DNA of 35,846 nucleotides from an uncultured virus (IMG/VR IMGVR_UViG_3300043410_000946) (lineage: Duplodnaviria > Heunggongvirae > Uroviricota > Caudoviricetes), in IMG/VR virus record IMGVR_UViG_3300043410_000946, one strand, 5' to 3'. Positions 27,425-34,665 of this stretch are shown piece by piece. A program made the translations under genes and the position numbers. The notes under the pieces are model-generated. The model searched no databases, was not told where the DNA came from, and saw only the letters and a program-made list of their open reading frames with translations. Numbering within the stretch: position 1 is the stretch's first letter; each line of letters begins with the position of its first letter.

Positions 27425-28108
27425 TTAGCCTACCCTTTCGTATTCCAGACCCATCCCAATACCAAATCCAGCCTTTTGTGCATTAACTCCTTGTAGTGCA
27501 ACAATGTCGTTAGCGTTGGCTGCTTGGCCTTTACTAAATACCCTGGCTTTCATTTCTTCCCAAGCATTTTCCTTGCCTGTATTTTTGTCTAGATCTACTC
27601 CCTGCATTGCTGCAAGAAACTTTTTATGGGCATAATCCTCTTCACGCTTTATATTTAAAATTGCAGTTAACTCCTGCATAGACAAAGATCTTTCTAGTTC
27701 ATCAAAGTCTTTCCAGATACCAAGCAAGAAAACTTCAGACTCTAATTTAGCAAGGTCTAACTCTTCCCAACTCTTGCCACCTTTGACTGCCTGGTCCTTC
27801 ACACTTTCATCTTGCTTCTCATCAATCTTGATTCCTGCAGAATATTCTAAAACTGAATATATAGTCTTTATATCAATTGAGTCCTCAAACACTTCTAGGT
27901 CTTTTGATATTTCTGGACAAAACTGCTTCATGCATATCATTGCACATTCTGACAGTGCTGTTATTGCCTCAATGTCTCCCTGGGCTTTTTTGACATCATC
28001 AAACTTGCCCATGAACTGTTTTAGATATTTTATTTTTAATGGAGAAATCTCAAGTTCTGTGCCATCGATTAGATGCACAGTCCCAATTTGATAGATTTCC
28101 GTAGCCAT
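27425..28108 (-). CDS. tail assembly chaperone, long (GT-like) form
   Basis: Lies between the tail tube and the TMP; N-terminal ~100 aa match the short chaperone, followed by an extra ~125-aa domain. Confidence 0.8.
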   Translation of the reverse strand: MATEIYQIGTVHLIDGTELEISPLKIKYLKQFMGKFDDVKKAQGDIEAITALSECAMICMKQFCPEISKDLEVFEDSIDIKTIYSVLEYSAGIKIDEKQDESVKDQAVKGGKSWEELDLAKLESEVFLLGIWKDFDELERSLSMQELTAILNIKREEDYAHKKFLAAMQGVDLDKNTGKENAWEEMKARVFSKGQAANANDIVALQGVNAQKAGFGIGMGLEYERVG

Positions 28109-28115
28109 ATATATA

Positions 28116-28124
28116 AGTATACCA
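28116..28124 (-). promoter_or_regulatory. extended -10 promoter TGGTATACT, probable leaderless start
   Basis: TGGTATACT-TATATAT-ATG; no SD. Confidence 0.65.
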
Positions 28125-28129
28125 AATAG

Positions 28130-28156
28130 AAAAACCCAGTCCGAAGACTGGGCTTT
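28130..28156 (-). terminator. intrinsic terminator after the major tail gene
   Basis: Minus strand CCCAGTC-TTCG-GACTGGG followed by TTTTTCTATTT (C-UUCG-G tetraloop plus U tract). Confidence 0.9.
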
Positions 28157-28174
28157 CCATATTATTAAATTGTA

Positions 28175-28825
28175 TTAGACTGCTGCTGGAATGGTGCGAT
28201 CAACGATCTTACCATATGATGCAGAGTCATTTGGAAGGAGACGGAATGAAACTTCAAACATTGTTGCTTCATCACGCTTTGCTGATACTGTAACATTTTC
28301 AATTGAAAGTGCACGGTATGCAACATAGATTCTTTCCAATTCTGATCCAATTGCACAGTCACCTGTACCTGGACCTACTGCAACCAAACCACGCTCGACT
28401 GGGCATTCGCCAATGTCTCCTGCAGAAAGGTTAAGTGATGGGCCAACATTTAGCACGTTAGTAAGATCTGAGTTCTTACCAGCGAGTGAGAACAGAAGGT
28501 TCTCAAGTGTTGACTCAGCGAATGTGGTCTTAAGTGAGACCTGCATTCCCTGCTTGTACAACTTAGCAACGTCAAGAACCTGGTCAACCTTAACTTCACC
28601 GAAGTCTGGTTGGAACTGGATTTCAAGACCATTGCTTGTGTAACCTACGTTACGGAAGTCTGCATCATTCGTAAGTGTCTTACGGAATGATTCACCGTCC
28701 ACGTATGTTGGAAGATCTGCTTCTGTTAGAACGCTAGATGCTCCATCTGCTACTGGTTCGTATGTAAAAAGTGCTGCAGCACCAACGATGATGTTGTTGC
28801 TAGTACCTCTTGTATATTCTGCCAT
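28175..28825 (-). CDS. major tail tube protein
   Basis: NIIVGAA, VGYTSNGLEI...FGEVKVDQ, TTFAESTLENL; strong SD; followed by a terminator. Confidence 0.88.
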   Translation of the reverse strand: MAEYTRGTSNNIIVGAAALFTYEPVADGASSVLTEADLPTYVDGESFRKTLTNDADFRNVGYTSNGLEIQFQPDFGEVKVDQVLDVAKLYKQGMQVSLKTTFAESTLENLLFSLAGKNSDLTNVLNVGPSLNLSAGDIGECPVERGLVAVGPGTGDCAIGSELERIYVAYRALSIENVTVSAKRDEATMFEVSFRLLPNDSASYGKIVDRTIPAAV

Positions 28826-28878
28826 AGTTTGTTCACCTCTTTTTTCTTATGGAATAAAGGGCTGTTTCCTCGTTTATA

Positions 28879-28887
28879 AGTATAACA
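28879..28887 (-). promoter_or_regulatory. extended -10 promoter TGTTATACT upstream of the major tail gene
   Basis: TGn-TATACT in the intergenic gap, within an inverted repeat. Confidence 0.6.
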
Positions 28888-28897
28888 GCCTTTTTAA

Positions 28898-29476
28898 TTA
28901 TTTAGAAGATATTTCCGTATCCTGATGGTAGTCAAAATCAATAATAATCTTATTACCGCCATATGTTCTGGCTGTACCAAAATCAATAATGTCTCTGACC
29001 TCTTCCAGTTGGTAGATCTTGAACCTATGAAAGTAAAACTTGCAAGTTAGGTCTCCTGATGGGCTTGGAATGACCCTTCCCATTGTCCAATTATTTATTT
29101 CTTCTGCTGTTTCATCTTCTCTATCCATTAAGCGTAAAACGGCTTCCTGAATCTGAACCATGTTGTTTGTAACATCTTGCTGTGTTGCATAAAAATAATA
29201 GAGAGCCTGCTCTGTTTTTATGTGTGGGAATGGACTTCTTCTCATTCTAAACATTCTGTCGTAAACCGCCAAGATGCCATTATATGGAACTCTCTGAGAT
29301 GTTGGTTTTCCATTTATGTCAAGTGCATCTATGACCATCCATTGCTCTGTAAGGTCGTCAATAGCGTTAGGCTTTACTGGGAAAAATGGGATTGCGTTCC
29401 CTGTATTTCCAAAGATCTTTTCTTGTAAGTATTTGTTTACCCATAGCATTGGAGTATTTAAAGTTGTTTCTGACAT
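28898..29476 (-). CDS. putative tail terminator protein
   Basis: Directly upstream of the tail tube gene; size fits. Confidence 0.55.
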   Translation of the reverse strand: MSETTLNTPMLWVNKYLQEKIFGNTGNAIPFFPVKPNAIDDLTEQWMVIDALDINGKPTSQRVPYNGILAVYDRMFRMRRSPFPHIKTEQALYYFYATQQDVTNNMVQIQEAVLRLMDREDETAEEINNWTMGRVIPSPSGDLTCKFYFHRFKIYQLEEVRDIIDFGTARTYGGNKIIIDFDYHQDTEISSK

Positions 29477-30150
29477 TATGCCACCTTCCCTGCATTTGCT
29501 ACCCAGCGAGATCCAACAGTTCTTCCTGTTGACTTACCGCCCTTTTTACCAGCATTAAGATTATGCTTATAAACTGATGGATTAGAAAAATATTGTGCTA
29601 GTCCAGTTGATCTTAAAAATGCTTGAGTAAAGTACTTTCCAAAAAATAGATCAAATGCGTTTGCAAACTGACCATTTGTTTCTCCTCCAGGATTTTCAAC
29701 AATGACTGGCTTCTTTGTATAAACTTCTTCTCCGCCTACTTCAAACCTTAGAACCTCTGCTCTAACTGGAGCAATCCTAACCGACTGCCCACTTTCCATA
29801 ATTCTTGCTTTATCAAAAAATGGTGTGTTAGATCCTTGTTGAACTGATCTTGATTGGCTAAACTCTGCAAGGAATGAAAGACCTAAATTGCTAACAGTAT
29901 ATTTAATATTAAATAATCTTGCTCCAGGATCTCCAGCGTTATACCATTCATAGACATGGTGTAATGATTTATAATCAACCCTAGCATTCATATCAATAAA
30001 CTCTGATGCCTGCTCTGCAATTACTGGGCCTAGTTGGTTAAAGAAATCTTTCTTTCCAATTTCTATACCCTCGACAAATCCAACAGAATAATCAACTAGA
30101 TTCTTCATATCTTTTTGAAACTTAGCACTATCAAATCTTAGAGATATCAT
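29476..30150 (-). CDS. putative neck/tail completion protein
   Basis: Synteny; ARIMESG...LRFEVGGEEVYTKKPVIVENPGG resembles HK97 gp10-like proteins. Confidence 0.55.
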   Translation of the reverse strand: MISLRFDSAKFQKDMKNLVDYSVGFVEGIEIGKKDFFNQLGPVIAEQASEFIDMNARVDYKSLHHVYEWYNAGDPGARLFNIKYTVSNLGLSFLAEFSQSRSVQQGSNTPFFDKARIMESGQSVRIAPVRAEVLRFEVGGEEVYTKKPVIVENPGGETNGQFANAFDLFFGKYFTQAFLRSTGLAQYFSNPSVYKHNLNAGKKGGKSTGRTVGSRWVANAGKVA

Positions 30151-30593
30151 GCATCACTCGCCTGGTTCTCTGATCTACGCAATACCACATTGTAATACTC
30201 AACTGTTCCAAAAGGTCCCAGGAAAGGCTCCTGAGTGGCTATTTCATAGATTGTAGATTTTCCTTTACGTGGTCCAGAAGTTTCTGTATATACCTCTACA
30301 CCGTTTCTGTCTCTAATATTTGTTACAATAATATTTGTTACAGAATTACTGTTAGCCTTAGTAGATACACGAATATCATGCTTGACTCTAGAGACTAGAA
30401 TGGACTCTTTTGTAATATTAACATTTGGAGTAACTTCCTCTTTACCGCTTTTGCTTAGTGGAATAAAGTTACCAATAACAGTTCTATCTAGAACCCATTG
30501 CTTATTTAAATCTCCGTATAGACCTTGCTCAACAATTGGATAAAATATATCCGCTTGCATTGGGAACATAAAGTCTGGAGTTTCGCATATCAT
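30147..30593 (-). CDS. putative head closure (stopper) protein
   Basis: Follows the adaptor; beta-rich, 148 aa. Confidence 0.55.
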   Translation of the reverse strand: MICETPDFMFPMQADIFYPIVEQGLYGDLNKQWVLDRTVIGNFIPLSKSGKEEVTPNVNITKESILVSRVKHDIRVSTKANSNSVTNIIVTNIRDRNGVEVYTETSGPRKGKSTIYEIATQEPFLGPFGTVEYYNVVLRRSENQASDA

Positions 30594-31501
30594 TAGATCA
30601 ATCCAGGTTTAGTGATTGTGTTTGAGTACTTATCAAGAATCTTGTCCACAATCATATTGCCTGTTCCCTGAAGCAATGACTTATCAAACTGGATTCTAAA
30701 CTGATCAGTGTTATATGATGTTACATATCTCTTATAATAATCAAGTCTTCCGCACTTTAGGTCATCAATTAGTAGTGTTGCTGCATATTCAACATCTGGC
30801 GGAATCGCCTTATATCCTGTGTCAACAATCAAAGTATAGTCATATCCTTGTGGAAATGCAACTGACTGATAACCATAGTATCCAAGGTCTCCACGAGCAA
30901 CTGGAAGATTTGGTGGAGAAATTTCATTTCTATTATATACTTCAGTTACTGTTCTTTGAATTGCAGTGTTGTCTAGTGTAATCTTATAGTCATATATATT
31001 TGTTTCTGGTGTATCAACATCATAGACAAGGATATTGTTTTCGTATACCTTTAAAACTTTGTATGAGTCTACCCATAGTGGCAAATAATCTGTACCCTGT
31101 CCTACGCACTGAATAATTTGTTTGTGGTTATAGAAGCCATCATTAATAATAGTATCAATCATTGATCTAGCAACAAGTTCAAGCATTTTGTATTCTGCGA
31201 TCTCAGTTGCTGTTGTTCCCAATGTTTCTGGATTAACATATGGGCGAATAATATCTAGGTTGCTTTCATACAAAGTATGAACATGATCAGTATCATAAAA
31301 CTTAATAAAGAATTTGCGGTCATACTGAACTTGTGATAGTGGTAGTTCATAAATAAGTTCTCCATTTTCATCTGAGAACATGTTTGTTTCAGTTACTGAG
31401 TGGTCCACCAAATCCTCAACATAGACAATGTACTCATAGTTTGGTATGGGTAAATTCCATGTCGTAGTTAAAGGATAAGGTGGAACTCTCATTACTTCCA
31501 T
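30593..31501 (-). CDS. head-to-tail adaptor protein
   Basis: C-terminal GYKAIPPDVEYAATLLI...VDKILDKY adaptor pattern; synteny. Confidence 0.7.
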   Translation of the reverse strand: MEVMRVPPYPLTTTWNLPIPNYEYIVYVEDLVDHSVTETNMFSDENGELIYELPLSQVQYDRKFFIKFYDTDHVHTLYESNLDIIRPYVNPETLGTTATEIAEYKMLELVARSMIDTIINDGFYNHKQIIQCVGQGTDYLPLWVDSYKVLKVYENNILVYDVDTPETNIYDYKITLDNTAIQRTVTEVYNRNEISPPNLPVARGDLGYYGYQSVAFPQGYDYTLIVDTGYKAIPPDVEYAATLLIDDLKCGRLDYYKRYVTSYNTDQFRIQFDKSLLQGTGNMIVDKILDKYSNTITKPGLI

Positions 31502-31504
31502 TGT

Positions 31505-31981
31505 TTACTTACCGAATTCCTTCGCAACTTCTTCAGGTGTAGCAATGCGGATATGTGAACGAGTAAGCCACTTCTCTGATGCTTCCTTAGTTACAATGTT
31601 GTAGCCACGATAGACCTTGCCAACACCTTCCCAAGTAACATTCTTTGTTGAGTGGATAGCAACTGTTTCTGGCTTTTCAACCTTCTTAGCAGCAGCCTTC
31701 TTAGTCTCCTTAATAACAGGTCCTACTCCAATTGCTCCATTAGCGACTGGTGTTACTCCCTGAACTTCTACTGATGAACGACCAAAATCTGTTGTCTTAA
31801 TTGCTGTTGATTCTGGCTTTGTTTCCTCTGCCTTTGGAGCCTCTTCAACCTTTACAGGTTCTGGAGTTGGCTCTTCAACTGGAGCATCTGCTGGTGCATC
31901 TACTTCAGGTGTCTCAACTGCAACTTCTTCAACGATAGGATCTTCATTCTTTGTTGTAAACGGATTGTTTAAATTTTCCAT
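31505..31981 (-). CDS. hypothetical protein after the capsid gene (Pro/Glu/Ala-rich N-terminus, compact C-terminal domain)
   Basis: ORF with AAGGAGG SD and its own promoter motif. Confidence 0.8.
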   Translation of the reverse strand: MENLNNPFTTKNEDPIVEEVAVETPEVDAPADAPVEEPTPEPVKVEEAPKAEETKPESTAIKTTDFGRSSVEVQGVTPVANGAIGVGPVIKETKKAAAKKVEKPETVAIHSTKNVTWEGVGKVYRGYNIVTKEASEKWLTRSHIRIATPEEVAKEFGK

Positions 31982-31998
31982 GATTTCCTCCTTGTAGT

Positions 31999-32007
31999 AT
32001 TATATCA
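31999..32007 (-). promoter_or_regulatory. extended -10 promoter TGATATAAT
   Basis: Perfect TGn-TATAAT just downstream of the capsid hairpin. Confidence 0.65.
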
Positions 32008-32011
32008 TTAT

Positions 32012-32050
32012 AAGTAGTAAGGGGAGCAGGAGCGTTAACTCCTACTCCCC
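32012..32050 (-). terminator. stem-loop after the capsid gene (probable terminator or mRNA stabiliser)
   Basis: Minus strand GGGGAGTAGGAG-TTAACG-CTCCTGCTCCCC (12 bp, one U-G pair) followed by TTACTACTT. Confidence 0.8.
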
Positions 32051-32069
32051 CCAATTATACTGTTACAGA

Positions 32070-33227
32070 TTATGCATCTGCTGCAGCATCAGCGAACGCA
32101 ATAGCATCCTGCTCTTCCCATTGAATACCGAAGCGAACGAAGACTGTATATTCTACAGTGTCCTTCTTTGGCTTGTACTCACGGTTAACAGTGATGTCAC
32201 GCTGGAAGCCCCATACACGGTTCTGTGGGAATGTCAAATCGACATATCCTGCAGGGTAGTAAGGAACTTCTTGAACGTCAATTCCGAGAACACGAGTTGT
32301 ACGTGCTCCACCGAATGTCTGTCCTTGACCATCAAGGTATGCCTGACGGTTTGCAGGGGTACCTGCTGGTGTACCAGCGAATGCTTCTGCGATTGCATCA
32401 GCAAGTGTACCGTTGTTCTTGATGATTCCCTGGAATGCATCTGTACCTGCGTAGAACTTAAGGTTTGACTTAAGTGCACGGTACTTACGTGGCATTGCGA
32501 GAATGATCTTCTGCATAGCATCTGTTGTCCAGTTATCATTTGCAACTGTAACAACTGCTTCGTGTGCATCTCCATCGTTCTTGACACGGTTTACGAAACC
32601 GTTCATGATTCCAAGGAATGCTCCGTCATCTGAATCTCCTGTACCATTAATGGCAAGATCTTCAATGTCATTACCAAATGCGTTTGTCATAAGACGAACG
32701 ATGTGGTCTTCAAGTGCTGCACCTTCGATGTTATCTTCTAGTGCTTCTGCAGAAACTTCCCAATCAAGACGAATCTTCTTGGTTGTAAGTTCAACCTTTG
32801 AGAATGTTGCTCCTGCGTTTGTGTAATCGCCGACTGCCTGTGCTGCTGAACGAATAACACGCTCACCAACATTGACCTTCTCGAGTTCCATTGTGTTGGC
32901 TCTCATTGTGACACGACGACCATCCTGGGCGAGAACTGTTGCATCCCACACGTAGTCAATAAAACGACGTGCTTGCTCTGGGCGAAGGATACCTGATCCA
33001 GCCTCACCTGAAGGATTTACTGCGTTTGGTCCATCTGTTACACCAAAAGTAGCGTTTGGAATGTTTCCAACTGCTGCTCCGTTGTGATAGTTACCTGCGA
33101 CGTTTGAGCCTGCTTCAGATCCTGATGCGAATGCACCCTGACCTTGGTAAAGACCTGGTGTTGTTCCACTAAGTTGACCAGATTCTCCTGGCTGATTCTT
33201 AATGATTTCTGTATTTTGTTCCGACAT
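32070..33227 (-). CDS. major capsid protein (HK97 fold)
   Basis: GILRPEQARRFI, VSAEALEDNIEG, DIEDLAINGTG; AGGAGGTG SD; follows the protease; hairpin downstream. Confidence 0.92.
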   Translation of the reverse strand: MSEQNTEIIKNQPGESGQLSGTTPGLYQGQGAFASGSEAGSNVAGNYHNGAAVGNIPNATFGVTDGPNAVNPSGEAGSGILRPEQARRFIDYVWDATVLAQDGRRVTMRANTMELEKVNVGERVIRSAAQAVGDYTNAGATFSKVELTTKKIRLDWEVSAEALEDNIEGAALEDHIVRLMTNAFGNDIEDLAINGTGDSDDGAFLGIMNGFVNRVKNDGDAHEAVVTVANDNWTTDAMQKIILAMPRKYRALKSNLKFYAGTDAFQGIIKNNGTLADAIAEAFAGTPAGTPANRQAYLDGQGQTFGGARTTRVLGIDVQEVPYYPAGYVDLTFPQNRVWGFQRDITVNREYKPKKDTVEYTVFVRFGIQWEEQDAIAFADAAADA

Positions 33228-33249
33228 ATTGTCACCTCCTAGTGATTTT

Positions 33250-34611
33250 CTAACTTAATAGATCGGCTGTTTTGAGGAAACTACCGCCCCATAGGGATTT
33301 TTCAACCATTTCAGGTTGATCCTGAACAATCTCGCCGAGATCGCCAGACTTTCGGAATGCTGTATCTGCTTCTACTGCGTCAACACGCTTTCCAAATTCA
33401 TTAAAACCAGTTGATACTGAAGCAATATCTTTTGCTACTGCATCAAATGATTCCTTTACTGTACCAACGTCTGCCTTAGAAACCTTAAGTGCTTCCACTT
33501 CTGCTGCTAATGACTTAACTGTTGATACTAGATCGCTAAAGGCTGATGTTAGAGTGTTCTTGATTTCTGCAATTGACTCTGCAATTACTTCATCTGACTT
33601 AGGTGCCATTGGCTTCTTGTCTTCCGCTTCTTCATCCGCTGGTGTTTCTCCAGCATCTTCAGCAGGAGTTTCTACATCAGCATGTGGCTTTGCAGCCTTC
33701 TCTGTTGTTTCATCTTCTGCTGGTGTTTCTGCGGTATCTGCCTTCGCATCTGCCTCTGGAGCGACCTCAACATTTTCTACAACTGCAGGAGTTTCTTCAA
33801 CTGCTGCTTCTGCTTCAACTACTGGAGTTTCAGCGACTGGTGTTGTTTCTTCTGTCATAGGATTTACCTCCTTGGTAATCTTAGAAGTATTAATGCCTTT
33901 AGCACTATCAACTAAGAACTTTATCATATTTACTTTATCTTCATCCGTTTTTTCAACGAACCCTATATTTTCCATTGGTGCGCCAGAGATTGGGCTGACC
34001 TCTGATTCATTTTCTGAAACTGTTACAATTCCAGATTCCTTATCCCAAAAAACATTTTCTACAACTGTTTCATCAGCCTTAACAACATTAACGCCGTCAA
34101 CTTTTTCTACTGAAACAATGTTTGCAAATTGATTTGCTGGTGAATCTACTAGGGAAAGTTCTACTAGATCATATTCCTTAATAATTCTAATTTGTGAGTC
34201 TGACTTCTCATCATATGCGTCATCCCACTTATTCATTCTTCCACCGATTGAAAAACCAGTGTAGGTTCCATCAAGAACTTTTTCCCAAGCATCTTGTGCA
34301 CCCTTTGAAATATAGGCGGAGACGTAAACGCCCTTGTAGAATTTTTTCGTCTCTGGATCAAAATACTTATCTTCTTTAAAGTTTACCATCTTGCCTACTG
34401 CTGATGGCTGATGCATTTCACGAATGTTTCCACGGAAACGCTTAAATGCGTCCATGCTTGCTTCTGCTGTAACAATATCCATTTGCTTATCTAAATTATC
34501 AAGGGACGCAAAACCTGAGACGGTGCGTCTTTCTTTGTCGACCTTGTTAAATGGCATAGAAAGCCGAAGGTTGTCACCCTCAGAATTCCAGTGGGCTTTT
34601 GATATAGTCAT
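33250..34611 (-). CDS. prohead protease fused to an acidic/coiled-coil scaffold
   Basis: VSGFAS, REMHQ..AVGK, GFSIGG and ELSLVDSPAN (HK97-type protease), then an E/A/P/T-rich linker and heptad helix. Confidence 0.9.
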   Translation of the reverse strand: MTISKAHWNSEGDNLRLSMPFNKVDKERRTVSGFASLDNLDKQMDIVTAEASMDAFKRFRGNIREMHQPSAVGKMVNFKEDKYFDPETKKFYKGVYVSAYISKGAQDAWEKVLDGTYTGFSIGGRMNKWDDAYDEKSDSQIRIIKEYDLVELSLVDSPANQFANIVSVEKVDGVNVVKADETVVENVFWDKESGIVTVSENESEVSPISGAPMENIGFVEKTDEDKVNMIKFLVDSAKGINTSKITKEVNPMTEETTPVAETPVVEAEAAVEETPAVVENVEVAPEADAKADTAETPAEDETTEKAAKPHADVETPAEDAGETPADEEAEDKKPMAPKSDEVIAESIAEIKNTLTSAFSDLVSTVKSLAAEVEALKVSKADVGTVKESFDAVAKDIASVSTGFNEFGKRVDAVEADTAFRKSGDLGEIVQDQPEMVEKSLWGGSFLKTADLLS

Positions 34612-34621
34612 CGTAGTATAT

Positions 34622-34627
34622 ATTATA
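34622..34627 (-). promoter_or_regulatory. -10 element TATAAT upstream of the protease/capsid genes
   Basis: TATAAT 10 nt before the ATG; no SD. Confidence 0.5.
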
Positions 34628-34665
34628 GAACCCTTTTTTACACTTGTGGAAAAACCTGTGTAAAA

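Noticed and set aside
33554..34132. 192-aa plus-strand ORF (and other plus-strand ORFs such as 25628-26167, 15808-16203 and 12383-12754)
   Set aside because: Antisense shadows of well-supported minus-strand genes; their composition reflects reverse-complemented biased codons and no motifs were recognised.
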